A DNA stretch of 64,000 nt from Clostridia bacterium (GTDB lineage Bacteria > Bacillota > Clostridia > UBA1212 > DUPL01). Positions within the stretch are counted from its first letter, which is position 1, and every line of letters begins with the position of its first letter. A program made the position numbers and the translations under genes. The notes beneath the pieces are model-generated. The model did not search any database, was not told the origin of the DNA, and saw only the letters and a program-made list of their open reading frames with translations. The DNA is taken from NCBI GenBank assembly GCA_050951325.1, contig JBMNIW010000001.1, positions 64,001 through 128,000 on the forward strand. The letters are read 5' to 3'. Shown in pieces: positions 17,762 to 27,203 of the stretch.

Positions 17762-18055
17762 ATGACGATAGAAATACACGAAGCTCTATGCCAAGAGTTC
17801 AAAGAACACATAGGAGAGACAGTGACAGTCTACACTACATCAGGAGGACGTTCAGGAGTTGGTTTTACAGGACTTCTGACACATGCCAACTGCTACTTTA
17901 TTAGACTGGTAAAACACCTGCGACCTGTTGTATGCCCGCATTTCGATTACAGAAAAAAGAAATGTTATACCTGCAAACAATATAAATTCAAAGGAGTAAC
18001 CACCATTATCCCCATGGATAAAATAGCGGCCTTTGTACACAGTACAAAAAGTTAA
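17762..18055 (+). CDS. small Cys-containing protein, probable spore coat protein (paralog of next gene)
   Basis: HIGETVTVYTTSGGRSGVGFTGLL...IPMDKIAAFV is shared with 18130..18438. Confidence 0.6.
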   Translation: MTIEIHEALCQEFKEHIGETVTVYTTSGGRSGVGFTGLLTHANCYFIRLVKHLRPVVCPHFDYRKKKCYTCKQYKFKGVTTIIPMDKIAAFVHSTKS

Positions 18056-18082
18056 CATAAAACATGCACTCTCCATATAATA
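18055..18082 (+). promoter_or_regulatory. sigma-K-like sporulation promoter
   Basis: ACA-N16-CATATAATA upstream of 18130. Confidence 0.55.
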
Positions 18083-18129
18083 TACTGAATCCGGAAATAC
18101 ACGGATGAAAATGTATAAGGAGGTGCAAC

Positions 18130-18438
18130 ATGTATTTTGCAGACAATTTGAAGGATGACCTGATAGACCATATTGGTGAAACAATAACTGTATTCACAAA
18201 GAGCGGCGGCGAATCAGGCAGAGGATTTACAGGTGTGCTCCTATCTGTAAACGGATGCCTTGTTAGGTTGACTACTCGCATAGGCCCTGCTCCTGGCTGT
18301 GCATTGGGCAACGCTTGTGACTTTTGCTATAACTCAAAGAGATCACGTGGAGATTTCAGAGGCTTCCAGAGAGACATTGGCTCAGTTATTGACATCCCAA
18401 TTGACAGTATAGCTGCAGTTGTATTCAACGCCGTGTAA
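18130..18438 (+). CDS. small Cys-containing protein, probable spore coat protein
   Basis: HIGETITVFTKSGGESGRGFTGVL...GPAPGCALGNAC...IPIDSIAAVV; RBS AAGGAGG. Confidence 0.65.
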   Translation: MYFADNLKDDLIDHIGETITVFTKSGGESGRGFTGVLLSVNGCLVRLTTRIGPAPGCALGNACDFCYNSKRSRGDFRGFQRDIGSVIDIPIDSIAAVVFNAV

Positions 18439-18458
18439 TTTGGCATTGACATATATTT

Positions 18459-18488
18459 AAGAGGCTGTTTTCACACAGCCTCTTTTTG
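18459..18488 (+). terminator. intrinsic terminator
   Basis: AAGAGGCTG...CAGCCTCTT plus T run. Confidence 0.8.
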
Positions 18489-18578
18489 TTAGTAAAATCA
18501 TATCTATAAAGTATTTGTACTTGTCAGCACGCAAGTCATAATTCCAACGATTAGCTGAACTATTTTTGCTATTTGGGC

Positions 18579-18968
18579 TCACTCATCGTCAGGTAAGAAA
18601 TGTTTCTTCAAGGCTTCAAAGGTTTCATCACTAATAACATGCTCAATTCTGCAGGCGTCTTCTTTTGCAATGTCTTTATCAACGCCAAGACTTATGAAGA
18701 ATTCACTGAGCATAATATGCCTTTCATATGTCTTCTTCGCTATTTTCAGCCCCTCACCCGTAAGCATCAAATATCCATTTTCATCTACTTCCACATATCC
18801 TTCGTCTTTCAAAAGTCCAATAGCACGACTTACACTGGGTTTTGAATAACCCATATGCCTGCTTACATCAATAGCGCGTACATTTGGACTCCTTAATGAT
18901 AACAAGTAAATAGTCTCCAAATACATTTCACCGGATTCGTACAGTGCCAAAATACAACCACCTTTCAC
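18579..18968 (-). CDS. DtxR/MntR-family metal-dependent repressor
   Basis: ESGEMYLETI, SKPSVSRA, YERH, DACRIEHVIS. Confidence 0.92.
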   Translation of the reverse strand: MKGGCILALYESGEMYLETIYLLSLRSPNVRAIDVSRHMGYSKPSVSRAIGLLKDEGYVEVDENGYLMLTGEGLKIAKKTYERHIMLSEFFISLGVDKDIAKEDACRIEHVISDETFEALKKHFLPDDE

Positions 18969-19031
18969 TTCCTATCACAAATATAGTACCACAAATTGCA
19001 TGCATGCTCAAAAAAATATTTTTCTATCCTA

Positions 19032-19085
19032 TTGACATTTATACATTGTTGATGTAAACTGTAATCAGTTAGCCAATGCTAACTG
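19032..19085 (+). promoter_or_regulatory. sigma-A promoter with palindromic operator (probable DtxR/MntR site)
   Basis: TTGACA-N17-TAAACT followed by the perfect inverted repeat CAGTTAGC-caat-GCTAACTG (19066-19085). Confidence 0.75.
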
Positions 19086-19112
19086 TTGTTTGGCAAACAA
19101 GGGGGAATAAAT

Positions 19113-19319
19113 ATGCCAAAACTTCTATCAACTGTTTTGACAATCTTACTTAATGTAGCACTGTTTGGAGCGCTCATAAGTATATTTGCATATAGAATAA
19201 GGAAGAACATGAGGAAAAAGAAGGACATTACAGAAAGCAGCTGCGCACACAGCTGCAGTTCATGCCCAATGAGCACAAGATGTAATGACATGCTGATAGA
19301 AAATCCCTTCAAATCATAA
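19113..19319 (+). CDS. FeoB-associated Cys-rich membrane protein-like
   Basis: TM helix, basic patch, then SSCAHSCSSCPMSTRC; RBS AGGGGG. Confidence 0.7.
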   Translation: MPKLLSTVLTILLNVALFGALISIFAYRIRKNMRKKKDITESSCAHSCSSCPMSTRCNDMLIENPFKS

Positions 19320-19364
19320 ACAAACAACGCTTTTTCATTAATGTGGTTAAAACTCTCCATATTC

Positions 19365-19392
19365 AAAAAAAGGAGCACTATGCTCCTTTTTT
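19365..19392. terminator. bidirectional terminator
   Basis: AAAAAAAGGAGCA-cta-TGCTCCTTTTTT. Confidence 0.85.
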
Positions 19393-19476
19393 ATATTTTA
19401 GCGGAACCATTATAAGCAGCAATACTAATATTAAAATTTAGAAAATCAGGTACAATGCCATATTTATAACAGTTAG

Positions 19477-20994
19477 TTAATCCTTCTTCTCAAACAAAAT
19501 ATACCTGTACCTGTCATGTATGTCTTCAGCTGTTTCTATTATCTCATAATTCTCAAACAGCACTGGACACCGTATGTCAGTTATCTTCTCTCGTTTTTTA
19601 ACCCTTGCAACCACAAAATCAACCTGCTTGTTTGCAATAATCCTTGTCTGTTCGTCATGCATTTCAGGAAATTCCTCATAAGTTATGTTGTTGGTCTGAA
19701 AGAATTTCATTTCAGGCTGTATTCCGGAAGCGAAATAAAAACCTCCGTCGACAAAACCGTAGTTCAACATTGTCGCATTTTCCCTCTTGTTGATTATACT
19801 TGCAAATTTGTATTGAGGATATTCAAGTTTTCCCCTGAAAAGATACGGCATGCAGTTGTTGAAAAGAAGAACGTATGCAAGGCTGAATATTACAATTGTT
19901 CTTTTCATAAGTTTCACATCTTTTAACTTTGGAATCTTTTCAACAATTTTAAGTCTGTACTTCTCCTCAAACAAATCATATAGAGCAATAACTCCAAACA
20001 CCGTAAAGCCTGTCACTATTAAAAGGTAGTAGTCGTACCATACATTGGAAAAGGTTACTCCCAGATATGAAATGACAAAGGTGACAAGCAGAAATCTTCT
20101 TGCGGTCCTGTTCTTTAAATATTTGCTTGTCAAAGCAAATTTGTAAATTCCCAGCACCATAACAGGAAAAAGTACAATATTCTGACCTATGTTCTTCAGT
20201 GTGTTAAAAACAAAGTAAACCGGGATAAGAAGCTTTGAGCCGCTATTGTAAAGAAATATGTTGCAGTAAAAATATGTGTAAAAAAGATCATCCAATGCGT
20301 TATGGCCATGAAAGTATAATAGTACAGGAGCTGTAACAATCACAAAACCTGTCAATACCATAAGAAGTGATGCAATCAGTTCTCCAAACCTCTTGTACTT
20401 AATAAGGCGTACAAGCGAGAATAAAAAGAAGCCAATCCAAAAACCCAGCAGATTAAACTTGAGCCAGAACACAAAACCAACAAAAATACCATTTAAAAAC
20501 ATCATCCAAAGATTATATAATCTTCCCCTCTCCCCGTTGAGATACATATCCAGCATGTAATACATGGATATTGCAATAAGAGGAAGTACAAACTCTTCCA
20601 CATTGTCTCCCCTTAAATAACATCTGGATGTCATGATAAGCCCCAGAGTAAAAAAGACAATAAAATTGGCCTTTTTCTCAGGCACAAACAAACATGCTGT
20701 TTTTCTTGTGTAAATCATGAATACAATGAGAAAAACATATTGTAAAAAATAAACTCCAATAAACGATGTAGTGGAGATGCGGGAAGCTAATGCATGCATA
20801 AAAAAAATAACAGGCCCTTTTTGATCAAACAAGTCTCTGTATGGTACCTGCCCTTTTAAAATTCCCTTGCCGATTGTCATAAAGCAATTCTGATCCACCC
20901 TGTTATGTATCGGGTAAAGAAATGATGTCATGGAACAAATAGTCAGTAAAAAAAACGCTAGAACAAGTATAAAAGCAAAGCTTTTAAATCTCAT
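19477..20994 (-). CDS. polytopic membrane glycosyltransferase (GT-C, ArnT/PMT-like)
   Basis: DQNCFMTIGK...GQVPYRDLFDQKGP, NVEEF, many TM helices; probable start ATG 20994. Confidence 0.7.
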   Translation of the reverse strand: MRFKSFAFILVLAFFLLTICSMTSFLYPIHNRVDQNCFMTIGKGILKGQVPYRDLFDQKGPVIFFMHALASRISTTSFIGVYFLQYVFLIVFMIYTRKTACLFVPEKKANFIVFFTLGLIMTSRCYLRGDNVEEFVLPLIAISMYYMLDMYLNGERGRLYNLWMMFLNGIFVGFVFWLKFNLLGFWIGFFLFSLVRLIKYKRFGELIASLLMVLTGFVIVTAPVLLYFHGHNALDDLFYTYFYCNIFLYNSGSKLLIPVYFVFNTLKNIGQNIVLFPVMVLGIYKFALTSKYLKNRTARRFLLVTFVISYLGVTFSNVWYDYYLLIVTGFTVFGVIALYDLFEEKYRLKIVEKIPKLKDVKLMKRTIVIFSLAYVLLFNNCMPYLFRGKLEYPQYKFASIINKRENATMLNYGFVDGGFYFASGIQPEMKFFQTNNITYEEFPEMHDEQTRIIANKQVDFVVARVKKREKITDIRCPVLFENYEIIETAEDIHDRYRYILFEKKD

Positions 20995-21074
20995 AAACCA
21001 TAGTCCTTCTTTCAAACCTATAATAATCTGGCAGCTCATTATACCAGCTAGTACATATTTTGCCAAGATTGGTG

Positions 21075-21641
21075 TTAAAAAAACCTCTCCTTGTACATCC
21101 GGACAAAACGTTTGCAAATATCCGGGTCAAACTGCGTGCCTGCATGCCTGCCTAGCTCAGCAAGAGCATCATTAACACTCATAACCAGGTTGTATGGTCT
21201 TGCGTTTGTCATAGCATCAAAGGCATCTATGACTGAAACAATCCTTGCAATAACAGGAATCGCTTCCATCTTTCTGCCATAAGGATAGCCAGTTCCGTCC
21301 CATCTCTCATGATGATGCAGAATCGCTTCCGCCACATCACGAAGAAAAGCATACTGGCTTAGCAGCTCCCATCCTCTTAACGGATGGGTCTTTATCTCTG
21401 CCCATTCCTCTTCTGTAAGTCTGCCTTTCTTGTTTAGAATGCAAGCTGGAATAAATCTCTTTCCAATATCATGAATTGCACAAGTAAGTTCAAGCACATC
21501 TCCATCGGATTCGGATAGCCCTATAGTCTCAACCATGCCTCTTGAAAGGATCATCATTCGTCTTGAGTGAGCTCTTGTTGTATCGTCAAAGTCGGATATC
21601 GACTCTTTAATAATTACAAGGGCCCTGTTTATTTCATCCAA
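21075..21641 (-). CDS. stand-alone HD-GYP c-di-GMP phosphodiesterase
   Basis: HDIGK, HP..G, HHERWDGTGYP, DAFDAMT..RPY; overlaps the end of fliA. Confidence 0.92.
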   Translation of the reverse strand: MDEINRALVIIKESISDFDDTTRAHSRRMMILSRGMVETIGLSESDGDVLELTCAIHDIGKRFIPACILNKKGRLTEEEWAEIKTHPLRGWELLSQYAFLRDVAEAILHHHERWDGTGYPYGRKMEAIPVIARIVSVIDAFDAMTNARPYNLVMSVNDALAELGRHAGTQFDPDICKRFVRMYKERFF

Positions 21642-22372
21642 TCAATCTTCCCCCTAAGTTTCATTAGCGCCTTGGAGTGAATCTGAGATACCCTGGATTC
21701 GCTGACACCCAAAACATGCCCAATCTCCTTGATACTTAGGTCATCGTAATAGTAGAGGGAGATTACAAGCTTTTCCCTGTCGGAAAGGCTATCAATACCT
21801 TTAGCCAGTATTTCCTTGAGTTCCAGCTCATCATAACTTTCTTCCGGCAGTTCGCTTTTACTCTCGGAAGGCAGAGACACACATTTCTCAAGCACATCCT
21901 CAAGATACATTACATTGTATGTGTAAGCATCATCAAGGGTCTTTTGCAATGTCTCCTGGTCCATATTCAGGTGTTTAGCCAGCTCCTCATCGGTGGGAGG
22001 ACGACCAAGCTGTATCTCCAAGCTCTCCATGGCGCTCTCAACATTCTTTATTCTCTTCCTAAGGCTTGTGGAAACAAAATCCTGTCTCCTGAGATAATCT
22101 ATTATTTCCCCTTTTATACGAAGATATGCAAAGCTTTCAAACGGCACCCCCTTGCCTGGGTCAAATCTGTCTACCGCATGTATAAGTCCCATTATGCCGC
22201 TTCCCAGAAGGTCATCCAGATCCACGTATTTACTGTAACTGGGCATCATTTTGTATACTATCTTTTTCACAAGAGGCAGATAATTCAGTATCAGGGCATC
22301 CCTGTCTTCCTGTTTTTTGTTTTTAGCATATTTCTCCCACATATGTACAGACTCATCTTTAGTTTTCAACAT
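21629..22372 (-). CDS. fliA: flagellar sigma factor sigma-28
   Basis: RIKGEIIDYLRRQD, LGVSESRVSQIHSKA. Confidence 0.95.
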   Translation of the reverse strand: MLKTKDESVHMWEKYAKNKKQEDRDALILNYLPLVKKIVYKMMPSYSKYVDLDDLLGSGIMGLIHAVDRFDPGKGVPFESFAYLRIKGEIIDYLRRQDFVSTSLRKRIKNVESAMESLEIQLGRPPTDEELAKHLNMDQETLQKTLDDAYTYNVMYLEDVLEKCVSLPSESKSELPEESYDELELKEILAKGIDSLSDREKLVISLYYYDDLSIKEIGHVLGVSESRVSQIHSKALMKLRGKIDWMK

Positions 22373-22907
22373 GTACTCCTCCAGACTCGAGATACCTATA
22401 ACCTATATCACCAATACCATCTTTCTTGTCATAAAACCAGCCCAACAACTCAAGTTCGTGTTTAAGGTAGGCCCTTACCGTACTTGAAATATTAGATACG
22501 GTTCTTTCTGCTGCTGATTTGGTTTCCACCGGTCCTACAACCAGTTTGACAGTGTTTTTGTTTGCATTGAATATATTGCGCATAAGAAGCAATTTGATTT
22601 GAGAGTAAATGCCCAAAACACTTTCGTTGGAATCGTCGGTCAGGGTAATTACATCAATATTGTGATTTGCAAACTGCTCCACAAAGTTTACTTCTTTTGC
22701 GGCAAAGATATAGTATTCGTATTCTGTTTTTGAAATAAATGTTTTTGCTTCCTCAACACTTTCAGTGTCAATAAAAACAGCTCTATCCAAACGCCTGGCA
22801 AGTTTTTTGCAGAAGGAATCCGCATCCTTGTAATAGGCGCATGTCAGGACAAATATCAGTCTGTAATTTTTAAAAACCATCTTACGCAAACTGTGTGCCT
22901 GATCCAT
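22359..22907 (-). CDS. flhG: degenerate FlhG (MinD-like) lacking the Walker A motif
   Basis: Located between flhF and fliA; N-terminal MDQAHSLR motif; only 182 aa; no KGGVGK. Confidence 0.65.
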   Translation of the reverse strand: MDQAHSLRKMVFKNYRLIFVLTCAYYKDADSFCKKLARRLDRAVFIDTESVEEAKTFISKTEYEYYIFAAKEVNFVEQFANHNIDVITLTDDSNESVLGIYSQIKLLLMRNIFNANKNTVKLVVGPVETKSAAERTVSNISSTVRAYLKHELELLGWFYDKKDGIGDIGYRYLESGGVHVEN

Positions 22908-22920
22908 TTTAAAGCCCTTT

Positions 22921-24063
22921 CTATATTATTCTGTCTGTTATATAACTTAAATTCTCCTCGTTAAGCTCTATAATATCGTCAGGTACATTCTGACCTGTTG
23001 TCACATATCCGATACTCTTCTTTGACTGCCATGCAATATTTACAATATTGCCAAAAGTAGGCGTTTCATCCACCTTGGTAACTACCAGCTTGTAATTATC
23101 AAGAAACTCATAATTCTTAAGTATATGCAGGCATCCCTTGTAAGAGGTTGTGGCACTCATTACCAAATAAACTTCATACGAGTCACACATTTCAAATAGC
23201 GGCATTACCTCTTCCTTTCTTACAGGGTCGGTAGGACTTCTGCCTGCAGTATCCACAAGAATAACATCCTCCTGCTCATGGTTCATGAGTACTTTGCCAA
23301 ACTCCTCATTGTTTCTTACTACCTCAAGAGGTATGTTAAGAATATCGGCATAAGTCTTTAACTGTTCCACAGCTGCTATCCTGTATGTATCACATGCCAC
23401 CAGACAGACCTTTGCCTTTTTCTCAAGAGTAAATATGGAGGCAAGTTTTGCAATTGTTGTGGTTTTTCCCACTCCGGTAGGTCCCAACAGGAAAATTATC
23501 TTCCTTCTGTATTTTGCAAGCTTTACAGGCATTGGCTCACCAAGATGGGATTGCAACAGATACCTGATGACATCCTCCATTTGAGCGTCTTCCCTTTTTC
23601 TGACTATTTCCTCCGCTTCCTTTACAATCTCAATTGCAACCTCTTCCAATACCTCTTCCTCAACCAACTTTTTGACATAGTCATTGTCCTGATACACCTC
23701 TGCCCTTGGCTCTTCTTCTTTCACTTCCTTAACTTCTTCAACCTTTTCTTCCACTTGCTCGGATTGAGCACCATTGTTGTTCACGGCATTACTTAAGATA
23801 GACTCAAAATGCTCGCTTAGACTGTCAATCTTTGTTTGAAGAAGTTTATTGTATTCATAATCAATGTCAGGCTCGATTTTGGGAGTTGGTTTTCTTGCAT
23901 CCGCCACAGCAATAACCTCTATCATGGGAGGCTGGAACAGTCCTTTTAAACCCTTTCTCCTTACATTCCTGGTGTTGACAATGACTGCATCGGGGCCAAG
24001 AGAATATTTGATTTTAGAAACCGCCTCAGACATGTCCTCCACAAGAAATCTTCTTACATTCAT
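22921..24063 (-). CDS. flhF: SRP-type GTPase FlhF
   Basis: GPTGVGKTTTIAKLA, DTYRIAAVEQL, DTAG, TKVDE, GQNVPDDI. Confidence 0.97.
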   Translation of the reverse strand: MNVRRFLVEDMSEAVSKIKYSLGPDAVIVNTRNVRRKGLKGLFQPPMIEVIAVADARKPTPKIEPDIDYEYNKLLQTKIDSLSEHFESILSNAVNNNGAQSEQVEEKVEEVKEVKEEEPRAEVYQDNDYVKKLVEEEVLEEVAIEIVKEAEEIVRKREDAQMEDVIRYLLQSHLGEPMPVKLAKYRRKIIFLLGPTGVGKTTTIAKLASIFTLEKKAKVCLVACDTYRIAAVEQLKTYADILNIPLEVVRNNEEFGKVLMNHEQEDVILVDTAGRSPTDPVRKEEVMPLFEMCDSYEVYLVMSATTSYKGCLHILKNYEFLDNYKLVVTKVDETPTFGNIVNIAWQSKKSIGYVTTGQNVPDDIIELNEENLSYITDRII

Positions 24064-24081
24064 ACCCTCTCTCCTCTTCGG

Positions 24082-26121
24082 TTATATTCCAATTATTTTC
24101 TCCGCATGTATTTGTACATCTGGCTCTATCTCGCTGTATGACAGAACCACCAAATCAGGTACAAGTTGTTCCGTCATTCTCTTAAAGTGGTATCGAACAA
24201 TAGGTGAAGTTATGACAATAGGCTCGATACCTGTTCTTCCCAGACTTTCAATTGCATCCCTCAAGTTCAAAAGTATCTTCTGCAGAACCTGGGGTTCCAG
24301 ATTCACATAGGAACCATGCTTTGTCTTGTGTATATTGTTAAGTATTAGCTGTTCAAGTTCCGGATCCAATGTAATGGAAACCACCACCTCGTCCTTTCTC
24401 AGAAATCTGTGCGTAATGGTCCTTTTAAGACTTTGACGCACATATTCCACAAGCATCTCTATATCTTTTGTGATGATGCCGTAATCTCCCAGCGTCTCCA
24501 AAATGGTAGGCAAATCTCTTATCGGTACTCCCTCTCTCAAAAGATTTGCAAGCACCTTTTGAACTTCTCCCAGTGTTACCACGTTTGGCACAACCTCTTC
24601 CACAAGAACAGGCTGCGTATTTTTGACAATATCAAGAAGATTCCTGACCTGCTGTCTTGTCAGAAGCTCATGACCATGCCTCTTTAAGACTTCAGTAAGA
24701 TGCGTTGCAATCACCGAAGACAAATCAATCAATGTAAAACCATACATTTCAGCCTTTGCCTTGTTGTTTTTATGTATCCATTTTGCCGGCAGACCAAAGG
24801 CTCTTTCAATTGTGTCCACTCCATCAATACTGTCAGGGGTGTCATCACTCTTTATCCCCAGGTAATGGTCGGGCATAATCTCACCCTCTGCCACCTGGTT
24901 GCCCTTTATCTTGATAATATATGTATCAGGATCAAGCTGCATGTTGTCCCTCAGCCTGATTACCGGGATTATCATTCCAAGTTCTGTTGCACACTGCTTC
25001 CTTATCATTGTAACCCTGTCGAGAAGATCTCCACCCTGGGATGCGTCAACAAGAGGTATGATATTGTACCCAAATTCAAACTCAATCGGGTCAATTTCCA
25101 GAAGGCTGTGCACATCCTCCGGTTTTCTCTTCTCCTTTGCAATCTGCTTTTCCCTCTCCGTCTCAATCATCTCAATTTCCTTTTTCTTGTTTTTATTAAT
25201 GGTTACCGAGAGGAATATGAATAAGAACCCTAATACAAGCAATGGAATCTTAGGAAAGCCTGGTATTAGGACCATAAAAAGGAGAATGCCTCCGGAGATT
25301 AGAAGGATATTGGCATTGCCAAACAGCTGCTCCTTCATGTCCACGCCCATGCTGTCTTCCGATGCACTTCTTGTTACAGTTATACCTGTTGCAGTGGATA
25401 CCAAAAGTGCAGGCAGCTGGATTACAAGACCGCCTCCAACTGTAGCAAGCGCATAAACCTCCACCACCTGGCCAAAACTCATGCCGCCCTGCAGCATTCC
25501 AATAATTATGCCACCAATGAAGTTGATAATTGTTATCAGTATGCCTACAATGGCATCGCCTTTTACGAATTTGCTAGCACCGTCCATTGCTCCGAAGAAA
25601 TCCGACTCTCTCTGTATATCTTTTCTTCTCTTTTTGGCAGTTTCCTCATCAATAAGGCCGGAGTTTAAATCCGCATCTATTGCCATCTGTTTACCAGGCA
25701 TTGCATCCAAGGTAAATCTTGCCGCAACTTCAGCAACTCTCTCCGAACCCTTGGTAATAACTATGAACTGGATGGCAACAAGTATAAGGAATACAATGAA
25801 ACCTACAACCACATTACCCGATATTACAAAGTTGCCAAAGGTATATATAACTTCCCCTGCCTGCCCGCTGTTTGAAAGAATCAGTCTTGTGGCTGATATG
25901 TTAAGACCAAGCCTGAACAAGGTTATGATTAATAATAGCGAGGGGAAAATTGAAAACTGCAGAGGCTCGGTTATGTACAATGATGTCAGAAGGACCACTA
26001 TTGACAAAACAAGATTAAGCAGTAATAGAAAGTCCAAAGCAATTGTGCCAAGCGGTATGATAATAAGCACAATAATTGCAATTATGGCAAGAGATACAAT
26101 TATATCCCCAATCTTAAGCAT
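24082..26121 (-). CDS. flhA: flagellar export gate FlhA
   Basis: ERVAEVAARFTLDAMPGKQMAIDADL. Confidence 0.98.
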   Translation of the reverse strand: MLKIGDIIVSLAIIAIIVLIIIPLGTIALDFLLLLNLVLSIVVLLTSLYITEPLQFSIFPSLLLIITLFRLGLNISATRLILSNSGQAGEVIYTFGNFVISGNVVVGFIVFLILVAIQFIVITKGSERVAEVAARFTLDAMPGKQMAIDADLNSGLIDEETAKKRRKDIQRESDFFGAMDGASKFVKGDAIVGILITIINFIGGIIIGMLQGGMSFGQVVEVYALATVGGGLVIQLPALLVSTATGITVTRSASEDSMGVDMKEQLFGNANILLISGGILLFMVLIPGFPKIPLLVLGFLFIFLSVTINKNKKKEIEMIETEREKQIAKEKRKPEDVHSLLEIDPIEFEFGYNIIPLVDASQGGDLLDRVTMIRKQCATELGMIIPVIRLRDNMQLDPDTYIIKIKGNQVAEGEIMPDHYLGIKSDDTPDSIDGVDTIERAFGLPAKWIHKNNKAKAEMYGFTLIDLSSVIATHLTEVLKRHGHELLTRQQVRNLLDIVKNTQPVLVEEVVPNVVTLGEVQKVLANLLREGVPIRDLPTILETLGDYGIITKDIEMLVEYVRQSLKRTITHRFLRKDEVVVSITLDPELEQLILNNIHKTKHGSYVNLEPQVLQKILLNLRDAIESLGRTGIEPIVITSPIVRYHFKRMTEQLVPDLVVLSYSEIEPDVQIHAEKIIGI

Positions 26122-27203
26122 TAATAACCACCTCTGTAATTTTTCATCCTGTAAACATAAGCAAGTATTTCAGCCACCGCTCTGTACAGGCTTTCAGGAA
26201 TCTGCTGCCCTATTTCCGTAGTGTCATATAGAGCTCTTGCAACTTCCTTGTTTTCCACAATCTCAACATTATTCTCTTTGGCAACTTCCCTTATCCTAAG
26301 TGCCACATAACCTTTACCTTTTGCCAGCACTATGGGGGATTGGTGCTTTTCCGGATCGTACTTTAGTGCTACTGCATAGTGAGTTGGGTTTACAACCACC
26401 ACATCCGCTTCCGGTACTGCATGCATCATTCTACGCATGCCAATCTCTCTTTGTTTTTCCCTTATCCTGCTCTTTGTCTGCGGATTTCCTTCAAGCTGCT
26501 TGAACTCTTCCTTTACTTCCTGCTTTGTCATCATCAGGTTTCTTTCAAACATCCACCACTGGTAGAAATAGTCCAGAACTCCAATAACCAATAGAAAAAG
26601 TCCGCACCTCATTCCAACTTCCAGGGCCAGGTCCACAATAAAATCAAGCGATGTTCCCAAATCGTATGTAACAAGAGTAGGTATTTCATCTACCTTCTTA
26701 CTTATGGTGGAGTAAAGCACAAGTCCTAGTATCGTTATTTTAATAATCGATTTCAAAAGCTCCACCAAGGCTCTCATTGAAAAAACTCTTTTTAGCCCGT
26801 TTATGGGATTAAGCCTGTCAAATCTTGGCCTTAATGCCTTGGTTGTAAGCAGAAATCCAATCTGCATGTAGTTGACAAGCAATCCTGTAAGGACTGCAGC
26901 CACGAGGATGGGAAATATACATAACAATATGAATACCAAACCTTTAATAAGGTAATTGTGGACAAAGTCCTTGTCAAAGTTTGCACTCTCAAGGTTTGTG
27001 TCCATCCTCAATTCAAGAAATACGCTTGAAACCTTGAGCCCTATATATGATGAAAAGGTTTTAATTATTGTAACCAGGCTTAGTAATACTACTGCACTGG
27101 AAAGTTCCTGGCTTTTTAAAACCTCGCCTTTTTCCCTCGTATCCCTTCGTTTCTTCGGGGTTGGCTTTTCAGTCTTGTCGTCCATTGCCATGAACAGAAT
27201 CAC
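26121..27203 (-). CDS. flhB: flagellar export switch FlhB
   Basis: KTEKPTPKK, NPTH autocleavage motif. Confidence 0.98.
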   Translation of the reverse strand: MILFMAMDDKTEKPTPKKRRDTREKGEVLKSQELSSAVVLLSLVTIIKTFSSYIGLKVSSVFLELRMDTNLESANFDKDFVHNYLIKGLVFILLCIFPILVAAVLTGLLVNYMQIGFLLTTKALRPRFDRLNPINGLKRVFSMRALVELLKSIIKITILGLVLYSTISKKVDEIPTLVTYDLGTSLDFIVDLALEVGMRCGLFLLVIGVLDYFYQWWMFERNLMMTKQEVKEEFKQLEGNPQTKSRIREKQREIGMRRMMHAVPEADVVVVNPTHYAVALKYDPEKHQSPIVLAKGKGYVALRIREVAKENNVEIVENKEVARALYDTTEIGQQIPESLYRAVAEILAYVYRMKNYRGGY

